NCBI GenBank assembly: GCA_964035545.1
Contig: OZ037765.1
Coordinates: 29,697,504-29,761,503 of the forward strand
DNA length: 64,000 nucleotides
From: Bugula neritina
Taxonomy: Eukaryota > Animalia > Bryozoa
Direction: 5' to 3'
The notes under the pieces were generated by a model. The model searched no databases and was not told the DNA's origin. It saw only the letters and a program-made list of their open reading frames with translations. The position numbers and the translations under genes are program-made. This document shows, one piece after another, positions 47,501 through 61,293 of the stretch. Position 1 is the first letter of the stretch. The number at the start of each line of letters is the position of its first letter.

Positions 47501-50500
47501 TGCTGTCAGATTGGTGTCAGCAGCATTATTAACTCAGTTATGTAATGATATGTATATTTACCTCCGATGTATTATGTATGAGTGTTTGTACTATGTTTGA
47601 GTGTTTACCTAGGAGATACAGAGTATGTGTATTCATAACATTCCCAAGTTTTATCAAGTACTGATGCAGCATGAATAGGAAGACTTATGATTATCCAGTG
47701 AAGCTATAAATATGCATTCCTTAGTAATCATGTATAGATTAGCATTGAGTTATCACATTAAATCACTATGACTAGTATGCCTAGTAAATACCATTGCCTC
47801 ATAGGGTTTGTGTTTTTGTAGTTTTGGCTCAACTTGGACAAAAGAATAGATAAACAGATGGAAAGCAGTAAGTGTGGCCACATTTACTCATTCTTGTCAT
47901 ATTACTTGATTTTTATAACGACTTATGTTAGATTTTTTAAGAATTTTGATCATTTTCTATAAATTAGAATAGCTAAAATGTTACAAACTTCTAACTAGTA
48001 GAAGTTTTGTTTTGTCAACAATGATTCAGCTTGTATCATTTGCTATTATATTAGAGTATTTAGTAGTGAAACACACCCTGCTGCTCAAAGTTGCAAAATA
48101 CTGTGTGCATCTGTCCAGTTATGAATGAAGTTGGGGTGGGGTGGGTAACCTATCCGATGTATTTCATCCTGAATAAATTAAAATATCTTCTGAGCTACCA
48201 TCTTTCAGTCCACACTGTTGAGTTGGACATTTAGTGCTAATGACATTCACAACAAAGTTAACTGGGTTATAATGTTAGTAACACCCTTTTCTAAGTTCAT
48301 TCTCTGATAAAGCAATTTCTAACATATGAGCCAGCAATGTTGCCCCCCCTCGCAACTCGTACGCATTGGTAGTCAGTGTTTTGCTTGTCAACTTCTACTG
48401 CTATTTCTATTATACACAAATGATGCTAGTTGTAGTATTCTAGTATTTGTTAGACTAAAGTCTTAACACAGGAAGATATAGTAGCCAATACAACACTGGC
48501 CGTTGCCAGTTGTTTCCATCAGCTGCACTTTTTATGGGACAGCTTTTATTTTTACGCTCTATTATTTAAAACAAAAGCCTTTGTTATTATTAAAACACAT
48601 TACCTGTGCTTTGAATGTTTCCTATGTTTACGATGGCTATAATTATAATGATGAACAAACAATACTCTAGTTTACTTGGCCTTTGCTCTCCAGTAACTGT
48701 GAGCTGTAAGAATTTGAAGTTGGTGACTGTATTTTCTCTAGTTGACCTTTTAGTAAAGTGAGAGACCACAGTCTATGTCTGAAGTTCATTTAGATCTAAA
48801 TTATGTAGTAAAAAGCTGGGAATCTTTTTGTTTGTTTAGAATATAAACAGTTTCATTATTGTAAAGGAAATAGACTGGTATCTGGGCAGCTAGTAATAGG
48901 TTTTCTGACAGTTAGTTTACTACTGATTTCATTCTTGTGTGTGGCTTGAGTGGCATATCAAAATAAACACTGAAAATAAACATTTCGTAGATTGTTTATT
49001 TTTGCCTGAATGCCTGCAGCGGTATGAGTGATTATGGCTCTGTATGTAACATGGTAGCTCAATTTGGCAAAAATCCATTTTGTTTTTTAATTATTTAATT
49101 CTTATGATGTTATAATGATATGCACTCGCTACAAACCACAAATAACTAAAGAACCAGACAATGATGAATCACCCAACAGTTCTGTTCCACAGCTAAAGAG
49201 ATGGTTTTCTACTGGGAGTTGAAGTTCTACCCTCCAGCTCCAGAAGATCTGAATGAAGATCTCACCAGGTATCTCATAGTGCTGCAGATCAGGCAAGACC
49301 TGTTCACTGGTAAACTGCCCGCCTCCTTTCAAACTCTGGCCGTCCTCGGCTCCTACACGGCACAGGGCGAGATTGGGGACTTTGATAAGACCAGACACAC
49401 CAACATCAACTACTTGCGGCAGTATAACTTTGCCCCAAACCAGAGCGAAGAGTTGCTGATGCGTATCACTGATCTCCATAGAACGTGCAAGTGGGTGTTT
49501 ATTGGATTTCTTATGAGTCATACAGTCTGAAGTAGACTATGGAAGGCTAGCAGACTATGAGACTATTGTTTATAATAGTGTCATCTCTCTCTGGCAATAG
49601 TTAGTTTAGTTTGTAAATTAATTGTATACTTTTTTATGTTTTCTTGTAAATACTGTGATGTAGTGATTATCAGTAACCTCCATGGTGTAATTGTGCTTAG
49701 ATTTAGGTTCTATTCGTGGTGATAGAAGCAGTTTTCACAAATACATGATGGTATAATGTAGCTGTAGCTAATGTATATGTATGTTATATGGTGTATTACA
49801 TTATATTCTGTTACTATTAGAGGTCTAACCCCAGCTGAAGCAGATCTTGAATTCCTAACCAATGCAACTAAATGTGCCTTGTACGGGATGGACTTCTACC
49901 CTGTGAAAGACTCATCTGGTAGACAGGTGGGTATTATGGTGATCAACACAATCAATACTAGACTGTGCATTTCTGTTGTATATTAATAAGAAGTCTAACT
50001 TCTAGCAACAATACCTTCTCAAGATGACTCACAAAATACAAAGAACATAATATCCTCTCTAATCTATTTCATGCTAGTCTATAAACCTACTGGGAATAGT
50101 CTATTTGCTGTTGTTTATGGTACATGATATTTATATAGCTTCTCAACTGTATGCTGAACTTTAGACTTAGGTCTACTGTTTCAGATAAAGATAGGGGTGT
50201 CTGCAAGTGGCCTCTACATATATCATGGGAGATTGAGGATGGAGTCGTTTAAATGGCCAAGAATAATCAAACTGTCATATAAGACTAGAGTATTCCATAT
50301 AAAACTGCGCCCAGGTGACGTAAGTGCAATAACACTACCATACAAGTTGTAATACTAGATCTTAATATTGTAGTTGAGCTCCAATATAACGTTTAATTGT
50401 TTTATTGATTATTTACATTGTCAATCTCTACCAATTATCATCCATAAAGCTGTCTGTTTAAGTTGATACTCTACTCCATTGTAAATGCTTCTTCGGCCTC

Positions 50501-53500
50501 AATGAGTTCAATGTGTTAGGTCAGTCACATTTGCAAACTCAAGTAGTTCAGGCTTTGCAGTCCACTGCTATTATTTGATATCTTTTGTGAAAATCTCATT
50601 TGAAATGTTTCATCTAAAATAAGATCACGTTACTGAGATTTTAGTTCAAGTGGAATGGCAACAGCCTTGGGCTGATGTATCGGTTATTAATTAAATTGAT
50701 TGTTCAGGTTTTCGTTTCAAAGCCTGGTAATAATAACTATTAAAAAAGGTGAATTTAAACATATCTCTATGGAGTTGTCTTTCACTAGTCCGTTTTGAGA
50801 CAAGTTCCTGTGGTATTATACTGAAGCTCTCCTATCCTTTCTTCTTAGAGTTTAGACAAGCCTCTATTAATTGCATAACAATTGCTGGCAGCATAGCTGA
50901 TCAATGTTGCTGTCAAAACAAACACTAGCTGATTATAATATAAACACAGTGTCAGGTCAAGGTGCTAAAGAAATTCCAGTGTCTTCATTCCACAGGAGAT
51001 ATGAGGTATTGTGACTATTTCTGGCTGTGAGTTGTTGAGTGACTACCACCAGTGGCTTCATAGCTACTGGCTGGTTACAGTCTCTGCAGCTGTGAAAACA
51101 TCAGCCACTCTATGCACCAGTTGCCAGGAAATTTTGTATAGTGATTAATAGAGGGTTTTCAGACATCTCTCTAGGGGGATTTGTATTTTAAAGTTGTCTC
51201 CCCCTGCAGGGATTGGGGGCAGTCTCGATGATATATAGAAGGCCCATAAAATAAGTAGAAATGTAAGGTTTGAGTGAAGACTACTACTAGTATAAGTTTC
51301 ATTTTTTCTGAGATTAATATTTTGGCATAAGTACACATATGAGCAGTTTCAGAATTTTTTTAAAAAATTTTGTTAATGATAAATGGCACAAAAACAAAAC
51401 TTCAAAGCATATTTGTGGTTTTGGTTAGTGAGCAAATCTGAAGCTGGCAGCTGTCATTATTATTTGCTTTGCCGACTGTAACCAGTATGTTTAGAGCTGC
51501 TAACCTTTCAACTCTTAGGACAATAATAACATGCTCGTACACAGTATAGCTGCACTAGTGGGCTCTGTCTTACTGAACTCCAAATGCTCCAAATTATGGG
51601 TTGGAACACATGCCTGTACGTTTATGAAGGCACTGGCTCATTTGTATTAACATGTTCACGTACTTACACACCTATACTATGAAAATAACTAAGCCACCCT
51701 ACTATCTAATATTTCTATATATCAAAAAAATTATTATAAATATAAAGATATGTATTAAAATAGATAGATTAAATTTGTAAGCCTAGGGCCACACGGTGCG
51801 TATTTTCGCATGCGAAAATTGAAATCACAAGTAGCAAAGGTGTCCACTGTGCGCGTTGAGAAAACATTCGCACTTGTCGCTCTGCATTTTCAACGCAAGT
51901 GCGAATCGTCTCTGTCGTCGTCACCTAATTGGCTGGTATTATTAAGCGAGCCCAATTTCTTTATTTTAGTGCTAAATTCCAGTAAATTGCGTTTTATTGA
52001 AAGCGAGTGCGATTTAAAAATGAACGCTTTGTTTATCACGCATCACTGACGCTACAGTGGACACCTTTGCTACTTGTGATTTCAATTTTCGCATGCGAAA
52101 ATACGCACCGTGTGGCCCTAGGCTAATTTCAAACAACATCTTATCTAAAAATGTCAAACACTGTATAACTATATATATGTTTTAAAAGCATTTGTTTACA
52201 TGGCATGCATGCAAGTCAATGAAAATATTTAGAGAACAGTAAAAAGAAGCATATAAATTTTAGAATAGTTTCTTCTTTTCTGAGATGAATATTTTGGAAA
52301 AGTCCCACAATTCAACGTTTAAATTAAATCTGTAAAAAAAATTCACAGCGTATTTTCAATGAAGAATTATTCTTGCAAGCTGTTTGTATACCAACATTCC
52401 TAATACAGAAATGTTTTTGGAGCATTGTAAATTATATACTGCTGCATTGCAGAAAAAAAATCATCAAAAAAAGCACTTTTCAGCCAAAGCAACTTGGCTT
52501 GTTTCCAAAAAAGAGTTAAAATGTACATTTAGTACCAGCTGTAAAGTATAGAAAGAACGAACTATGTCATAATGACTGCATTCTTATGACACTAATGAAA
52601 TTAAGATTGGCTTTACTCCATACGGGTCTTGCTCAAAGGTGGAGTTTTAAATAATGCTACAAAGTTTTACTAAATTCCCAGATAATACTTTTTATATCAA
52701 ATCATTTGGCTTTGCTGATTTAGCTATATTATGTACATTTTGTACTTATTTATCTCTAGGTCAGTTTTCAGCCATATATTTGACCACATTGCTATACTTC
52801 CTTTGTGCCAGCATTCTCTCCTTTATATCTTTTCTGTGGTTTCTAATAATTTTCAGTGGTATGTCACTGTATGTAAACTATGTAAACCATCAGGCTATCT
52901 CTTATACAATGCATGCTGCTATAAGAATAACAGCAGCTGTTTTGTATTCAATCAACCTTGTTGCAAGAATTTTGCTTGCTTGAAGCTCTCTGTTGAGTAG
53001 CTGTCTCTCTATATTACATAACTGCTTGTTCAAGAAAGTGCCCGATGAGAACTGTCCAACTTTAGCTGTCTAACTTAAATTACATTATATAGGATTACAT
53101 CCCTACATAATAAGCTGATTAAACAACACATATAAATCGGCCAAAAACACCACACACTTGACTAGCTCTAGTTTGACTCATTTATATTTCGAGTTTTTCA
53201 CATTACTTGAACATGCTTTAGCCAATTTGTTGCATTATTTTTCATCCATACATGTAATACAAGGATTTAGTATATTAATTTTTTAAGTTTGGATTGTCTA
53301 CTAGGCAGGTATCGCAGATATTTAATCAGACTGTGAAGTTGCTTAGAGAAGCTCTAAATCCAATGATAGTATTTTATCAACACACGGAGGTTAATAAAAC
53401 ATGTCCACCTCAATGAACTTTGACCTAGTTAACTAGACCACTGTAAAATGGCATGCCAGAACAAATGCAAACCAGCTTGCAAAAATAATTCTTCATTGAA

Positions 53501-56500
53501 AATACACTGTGAAAAATTCTTTTACAGACTTTATTTAAATGTTGAATTGTGGGACATTTCCAAAATATTCATCTCAGAAAAAAAGAAACTATTCTGAAAT
53601 TTATATGGTTCTTTTTACTGTTCTCTAAATATTTTCATTGACTTGCATGCATGCCATGTAAACAAATGCTTTTAAAACATATATATAGTTACACAGTGTT
53701 TGGCATTTTTAGATAAGATGTTGTTTGAAATTACAAATTGAATCTATCTATTTTAATACATATCTTTATATTTATAATAATTTTTTTGATATATAGAAAT
53801 ATTAGATAGTAAGGTGGCTTAGTTATTTTCATAGTATAGGTGTGTAAGTACGTGAACATGTTAATATAAATGAGCCAGTGCCTTCATAAACGTACAGGCA
53901 TGTGTTCCAACCCATAATTTGGAGCATTTGGAGTTCAGTAAGACAGAGCCCACTAGTGCAGCTATACTGTGTACGAGCATGTTATTATTGTCCTAAGAGT
54001 TGAAAGGTTAGCAGCTCTAAACAGGCTGGTTACAGTCGGCAAAGCAAATAATAATGACAGCTGCCAGCTTCAGATTTGCTCACTAACCAAAACCACAAAT
54101 ATGCTTTGAAGTTTTGTTTTTGTTCCATTTATCATTAACAAAATTTTTTAAAAAATTCTGAAACTGCTCATATGTGTACTTATGCCAAAATATTAATCTC
54201 AGAAAAAATGAAACTTATACTAGTAGTAGTCTTCACTCAAACCTTACATTTCTACTTATTTTATGGGCCTTCTATATATCATCGAGACTGCCCCCAATCC
54301 CTGTAGGGGGAGACAACTTTAAAATACAAATTCCCCTAGAGGGATGTTTGAAACCCCTCTATTAAAACTGGTCATTTTAAATAAATTACTTCAAGTGTTG
54401 GTAGGACAGAGTTTGGTGGGCAATGTAGGCTACTTGATAGGGAAGTTTCTCTAAAAATGTAGTCATGGTCATTTCATAATTTCAGATAACATTTTTTTTG
54501 TATTCCAGCTCCACATTTTTTTACAGTTTGCTGTCATGCTATGTCTATTCAGGAAGTTACAAGGTTCATTTTGCACCAATTTTCCTTGTAGTGTTTGTTT
54601 GTCAACTGAGAAATCTTTTAGGGAAAAAAGTTTAGTAAAGGCTCATCGTTAATTTTTAGGCCAGTTAATTTTTGGTCACCAACCTATCTATTCAAACAAG
54701 GTGTTTGTTTATCAGCTAATCTCTCTCTCTGATGTGTGAGTCATCATCTTGGGGCTGACTAGTTGTATACATAAATGTCAGTTGTCCGTCCTGATTCCAA
54801 TAGCATGAACTGTGTGATCCATGCATATAATATCTACCTCATGGGGCAAGACAACACCCACACCACAAATTTAGCAAAACTATATGGTCACCTTTTTGAT
54901 CAAACAAAGACGGTCATTTGCAAACAGTTCAATATCTGCAATATAATTTATCAAGACAACATTTGTTCAAATTATTATAGGATTGGATTTTGTACTCAAG
55001 TTTTCAAGGATAACTTCATGAATATGTAGTTAGTATCACTTTGTACTTGGTTTATGTGTCCATATTCATTTTGTTCATTTAAAACTGTATCAGGTAACTT
55101 TAGTGATTTTTATAGTTTGATGAAAAGTCGTCCTAGTTATAGCAGATATTGTAGTATTTATGATATAGCATAATACAATATAACGTAATACCATATAATA
55201 TATAATATAATATAACATAATACCATGTAATATGATATTATATAACATAATACGATATAATATGGTGTAGCATAATGTAAATAACATAATACGATATAAC
55301 ATAATACAATACCATAGATTCAATTAGCTCACATCTGTCGTAGTTTGAGATGGAACAGAAGACTCTGGGCTTCAAACTGCCCACCCCCAGATTCGCGAAG
55401 AGGTTGTGGCGGATAGCCGTGGAGCATCACCAGTTCTTCAGACTGAAGCAACCGGAGCTCACCAACACCGGCACGCTGGGAGGATTCGGCTCTAAGCGGT
55501 GGCGCATGTCTGGGCGAACTCGAAGTCAACTCAAAAGCCTCGGTGAGTTTAGTTTCTATAGCATGTGATGATTGATGGTATGCATCATTGTGCTGGTTGT
55601 GGGTTGAGGCTCCTGAAATATTTGTTGTGTTATGCTAAATTTTTGGAACTAGAAATATTTTTTGAAGAGAAACACATTAAAATATTTTCCTTGGCCAAAT
55701 GCTTCCACATGTAGCTTTAAGTTTTAGATTGAAAACTACTTACACTCAGTACCTAATGACCCAGAAACTATATTGAAAAATTTAACATAACTATGTTTTC
55801 CCTAACTCATCAGACATGATCTTAGGCTATTGAATGCCCACATTAGTAGGAATTTAGTAGGTCATGTGACTTGTTTGATGTTGAAGGAACCCCAAAACGA
55901 TGCAACAGTGTCATGTCCTCGGATACATATCCAGGTCTGCATCAGAGTACGAGCACAATGCCCGCCTCCTCCACGAGACTCAGCAGAGACGGGGTGGATA
56001 GGAACTACAACACGGTATCTGTGAGTCACCTTCTAGATAACATTGCTTCAGTCTCAGAGATATCTTTTACAACTCTCGAAACTGATATTGAAGAATCACA
56101 GCTAGTCGTTGCAATCTTAAACAAACATCAGGTGTTCTTATAATCAATTATAACATTCAATGGTTTGTAAAAAGCAAGTGTATTGGCCAACTAGAGCTAA
56201 AACTTTGAAGGTTGTGAGATCAACTTTTTTAAAAGAAAGTGGGTAGAACATAGTTATTCTACAAACATTTCTACTAAGGATCTTGTAGTTTAGCTGATGT
56301 TCCTTGTATGTGACAGGATAAGGGTGGTAGACTATTGGTCCCTTCTATAAGCATTGAGGGAGATTCCTTGGGAATTGAAGAAAAGGTTAAATCAGTATGC
56401 ATGGTTTAGTTTGCTATCCTACGTGTCTGTCGTATGTGTCGTCACTTTTCTCGTGTGTCAGCATGTGCTCTAGTGAGAACCCAGTAACCGTTGTGGCGGT

Positions 56501-59500
56501 TTGCATGTATGGCAGACGTTTCCTGTACAAGTGCACCAGTACTAACCAAGTTTTAGATTATGGAGATATATAACATTTATTTGATGTGAAATTCTGAAAG
56601 AAGTAGAACTTTGAGAGTATAAAGCAGACCAAACTAGAAGATAAATTATTTACTTCTGCTTGTGAAGAAAAAACAACTCCCATTTAATTAGCTATCAGTC
56701 AATGTCTTCACCAGTTATACCTTGTATGGTATTGCTTTGTAAGTTTGAGAGTCTTTCATCTATCAGTCAGTAACAGCCCTTTATCTTCTATGAGCTGACA
56801 AGTAGTAGTAGAAAGTAGAGCTTTCCCTGTTGTCAGTGTCAATAACTGTTGTAACCCATTAGGGTTGTTGATAGGGGAGCAATGCCCCTACTTCACTATG
56901 ACCTGCGTAACCTAGAAACTGTTACAGTACTGCTGCACAATAATATAATGTAACCATAAGTTATACTGCATAGCTAGATAAAGTGAGGTAGGCGCAGTAA
57001 TAGAGAAATTGTTTTAGATTGGAATTGTAGCAAAAGGAGTTATGTTCTCACGAGAGCAACCCGATGCCCAAACTAAAATTTCATAATAAAATTAAAGAAC
57101 TTAAGCTATCTCAATTTCTCCACTAATGCTTCTAACTGGATAAAGTACCAAGCGTCTAAGTTGTAGAGTATGTAGCATGTAGTTACTGAGTGTGAAATGT
57201 GTTCATACTGTATGAATGATCATTGTGTAGGGGCGTGGAAGTCAAGGCACAGATCAGCTGGTGGACACATCACAAGACTATGGTGAATATATACCTGATG
57301 AGAACATATGTACTACATCTACATCACGTGACAGGAACAGGTCTCGCACTCACGTACCTCCGTCTAGCAGGGCAGCAACGCCTAGTAAGGCGGCAGCAGC
57401 AGGTGACTCTCCTATAGTAGGCGCTGACAATCTGGTGAATGGCGAGGCAGCACGAAAGGGTGACGTGGATCAGCTGCTGGGGCAGAGCTGTCTCTCAACA
57501 CCATCATCCAAGAGCTACACGAGGCCGGTTCCCAAGGAGAGAGTCAACGGTGGTCATTTCAACAGTCATCACAATGGCACCTTGGAACCAGCTGATGATG
57601 TCATTACACCCGCAGGTGTCTCGCAGGTAACCTAATTATTCTAATTTAACTTTTATTGATTATTTATTATACTGTAATTCTAGTAATGAAGATTTGTTAT
57701 TTACTAGCAAGACTTATAGTAACTTTTGCTAGTAAACAACAAGTTTTTATTTAGAGCCCAAGGCTTATAAAGTGAGAAAGTTTATTATCTTGATTTATAT
57801 ATTAGTCAAGTTTGTTAGCCAGATTTTTATACACTCTATTCTCTAAATATGTATTATATGGCATTCATGTCTCGTTGAGTTTTACCTTCTGTCATGCATT
57901 GTTTGTTGCAATGTAGGCATCCCCTCTAAGCTCACAATCTACACCAAAACAACTCTCACCACAATCTTCACCAGTTGAAACTAAGTCTTCCAGCCCACTG
58001 CTGAACCTGCAATCATCTCCAACTACAGTAAACCCACAGTTATCATCACCTACAGTGAAAGGGAAGTCATCACCAGTAGCAGTAATACCTCAGTCACTAT
58101 CCCCCCAGCTGGCTCCATTATCGCAGTCTCCTATTGCGACACCCAGGTTTGGAGTTGGTGAACTGCCACTGCCTTCGTTTAGTCTCGAATCATCAGGAGT
58201 TATGCCCACTGGTGGGATAGACAAGTCCATAAAGTTGGCTACTGCGGAAAGATGCGAGAAAGTAATTAATGTTGGTGTGGTATGTTCGACAGCCTTCTCT
58301 GCTCTATACACTCGCTGTAATATCTAGTGCCGTAGTTGCTAGTTTAGATGAATAATTTAGTTATAATTTAGCGTTGGTTCTCGAGATAAAGCCTCTGGAC
58401 CTGTTACGCTGTGCTAGTTTGCTTCTTCTCTAAAATTCAGTACATGACAACTTACATGTGGATCAGCTCTAGTTTGCTGAGCGAATTGCTTGGCTTAATG
58501 TGTGTCCCTAAAGTTATTGCCCTGTTCTAGTTTTCCAGCTGCATGAAAATGGTTAGCGGAATGTAGTTGTGTGCATTTCATTTCCTTTTTGGTTTTGCTG
58601 CTTGCCTCTCACGTCCAATGCCGTTTTGTCCTTTTAGCCACCCACTGTTAAAACTACAAGTATGAAGTTTTCCGGTGGGTCTAGTGAACCCTCCACCCAG
58701 TCTACTTGGTCTCCGCCCACGGTGAAGACTAAAAAAAGGCAGTTCAATTATATTGACACATCTAAGGCAGATGTGAATGGTTATCACAAACCTAAGCACG
58801 ATAATTGGATATTGCAAACTGCTTGCACCAGCACAGTAGGTTTACTACTCATCACTTCCTCTTTCTCTGATGCTTCTGCAGCTGACAGCGTAAAGAGTTG
58901 TGACACTTGCAGCTGGTTTTAATGCGTTCAAACTCAATATTCTGATTCATTTAGTCTGAAGAATTTATTACTTGTGAACTTTTAATTTATATTGAGTTCG
59001 TCAGGTAAGCTGGTGTCACAATTCTTATACCAGACCCTGCAACTAGTGATGCTGCTGTTTTTTATAAGCTGAGCATGGCAACTTTTCCTTTCCTATTCTC
59101 CCTGTATTACTGACCTTTGTGCTGTTTGTTGAAATGACCTTTATCTGTTGACAGTGTGCCACAGAGAAAGATGGTATTGTAGAGCGACGAGTCAAACACA
59201 CAATAACACTGTCTGGGGATGAAGATCTTGATGATCAGGTAGGCTTTTTATTATCTTATATCAGATTCTATCTTCTGTTACATTTTAATTTAGAGTCCTT
59301 CTGCGTTTAGATGATTTTTAATTGCTTGTTATCTAAAATCTTAATTATAAAAACTTGAGTTGCTTTTCATGTTTTATTATTCTCCTAACTTCATTTTATA
59401 AATCCTAGCTTTCCTCTGCAAAATTATGGTTAGATAATTAATTTGCTTTGATTTAAAAAAATAAATTATACAAGTTGACTGTTTGACATTGTTTGGAGTT

Positions 59501-60293
59501 GTTTTCTCTTTTAATTATTTTTGCTTTCTCTTTTAATACAATTTGCTATGATATTCTAGAAATAGAACTGTTATACTTAGTTGAATATTATTATCATATT
59601 ATTACAATTCTTTTTTGACAAGAAATGATGTATTCTTATCCTTTCGAGCAACAATGCTCTTGAAGTCTTTTAAATTATATAATATATTTTTGTTCTACAT
59701 AAATTACAGAGAGAGGTAAACAATTTCATTACATAGAAAATGCTTTAATTTACACTTTGCCTAGTACAAGCTGCGTGTATGATTTCTTATAGACACCCAT
59801 GTTTCTCTACTTATAGTGAAATGGTGTACTTTCTAACTTACCATAGATAATAACAAACCTTTTCCCATGCATAATATCTTTACGAGTTTGAGATAGAACA
59901 GCTTTTTCTTTCTAATACTGGGTGATGTTTCCTTTCTGCTTTTATACTGACCTGCTGCCACAATGCTTTACTGTAGCACCAATTTATCGTTCTAATTTTT
60001 TGTGGAGAACAGGTAGGAGATAATTCCATGAACTGTAGTGTAGTGATAACATAACTCCTAATAAATTGAATTAACCTTAGCAAGCTTCGTCATTGCTATT
60101 GTGGTGTCCCTGCTCGTTTGTTTCTATTTGGTGAAAGCATTTTTGCTCAGTTTTGTTTTTTGTTTTAATTATTTATATGCTGTACAAATTTGTGTTTTAG
60201 CTACTTCTTAATGCCATTCAAGCTGTAACTGGACTAGATAGTACACTTGGTGTAGACAAGATAGAAATTAGAACAGAGCAAGACAACTCTTAA
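44568..60293 (+). CDS. Protein 4.1 / coracle-like FERM-domain protein (FERM, FA, low-complexity middle, 4.1 C-terminal domain)
   Basis: Exons: 44568-44591 (tentative start), 45797-45991, 46964-47068, 47822-47867, 49193-49490, 49821-49926, 50185-50319, 55344-55542, 55887-56020, 57231-57626, 57917-58279, 58638-58835, 59155-59238, 60201-60293. Motifs: CRVILLDG, WLNLDKRI, LKFYPPAPEDLNEDLTRY, FKWPRIIKLSYK, AKRLWRIAVEHHQFFR, FA-like RMSGRTRSQ, CTD-like VERRVKHTITLSGDEDLDDQLLLNAIQAVT. Confidence 0.9.
45210..45380. repeat. ~18-20-bp minisatellite (TCTACCTGACACCAACTGAC), ~8 degenerate copies
   Basis: Alternating tctacctgacaccaactgac and tacctgacataatctgac units. Confidence 0.85.
51149..54361. mobile_element. 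3.2-kb foldback DNA element with ~0.89-kb inverted arms
   Basis: 51149-52382 (excluding the nested MITE) is the near-identical reverse complement of 53473-54361. Ends are TTAA|TAGAGGG...CCCTCTA|TTAA, with a ~1.09-kb spacer. The same spurious 63-aa ORF appears on both arms. Confidence 0.92.
51781..52123. mobile_element. Young PIF/Harbinger(Tourist)-type MITE nested in the foldback left arm
   Basis: Perfect 70-bp TIRs (51781-51850 / 52054-52123, GCCTAGGGCCACACGG...). The TAA duplication (51778-51780 / 52124-52126) is confirmed by the empty site AATTTG-TAA-TTTC in the opposite arm. Confidence 0.92.
55150..55315. repeat. Degenerate 5-bp periodic (ATAAY/ATACM) microsatellite
   Basis: cataatacaatataacgtaataccatataatatataatataatataacataatacc... 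Confidence 0.75.
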
Positions 60294-61293
60294 ATCTCAT
60301 CAATGTCTAATATTTACACTACTTATTCGCTAAACTTAAACTTCGCATTGTATATTGTACATGTTTGTTGCTTCTCAAGCATATCATGGAATTGTTGTAT
60401 AATAAAATAGTTATCTTTAAATTACTGCAGCTATGAAAATATAAATATAATTCTATTCTATAATACTAATTTATATATTTTTTCTTTTATGTTACTTAAT
60501 ATCCTGAACTCTTTACATTCATGTACCACTTATCACTGCTGCTATTAAATACTTCTCATAAATTGCAACTGCAGTCCCATGTTTTATATCATGTACAGAT
60601 AAATGTGTGACTATTTGTTTTTATATTTTGTTATATGAAGTTATCCTCCTTGAACAAAGCTTGTGTCTCAGTTTATTACAAATACTTATGAGTTACACCT
60701 CTTTTTACTCTATCCAGTCAAGAGCTGCTGCTGTAATGCCATCTAATTTCGATGCCCTTTTATACTAGCCAAGTTTTTATGAATTGTATTTTTTAATAGA
60801 TATTTAATATCACACCTGTAGAACGTTGTAGTTACTTTAGTATGTTATATTTTGATAATAAACTATTGCATTGTTTAAGTGTGCTAGTGCTGACCCTAGA
60901 TTCATCATGAGTGGTTAAACATGACAATGTTTCATGTGACATGAAGATTAAAAATCTAATTACATACAAATCTTTCAAGTATATTTGGCTATACCCATTT
61001 CTTCTTGAAAATATACAAGTCTAAATCTCTTGGCAGGGAAAATAAACTCTTCAAGGTGTAGCTAAATAATGCAATAAATAGTTGGGTAGAACTAAGTTTC
61101 TATTTGAAAAAGGAATGTACAGCAAGCAATATAGTATTAATGAGCCTTCAGGCCAATAAAAGAAGTGTTAAGTTTTTAATTTGTAACTAAAGATGTATAA
61201 TTGAGATTTTACTAAAAGAGGAAAACTGCATTGTGCAGGAAAAATAATTTACTTAGAACTTCACAAAGTAATATTCCAGTTAAAGCATTGTAC

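Noticed and set aside
20086-49521. Antisense ORFs overlapping CAD and 4.1 exons (e.g. 24146-24430, 34342-34638, 49129-49521)
   Set aside because: These are shadow frames of GC-richer coding exons with no independent evidence.
51145-54365. Two nearly identical 63-aa ORFs on opposite strands, suggesting a duplicated gene
   Set aside because: They are a by-product of the inverted arms, start at a non-ATG codon and have no protein features.
55560-55620. Intronic C/D-box snoRNA (TGATGA...CTGA)
   Set aside because: Too short (~50 nt), with no terminal stem and no recognisable rRNA guide.
58955-59004. Possible extra 4.1 exon (TTTAG|TCTGAAG...TCAG|GTAAG)
   Set aside because: Its 50-nt length breaks the frame between phase-0 neighbours and it has no CTD similarity. 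It is not included without RNA evidence.
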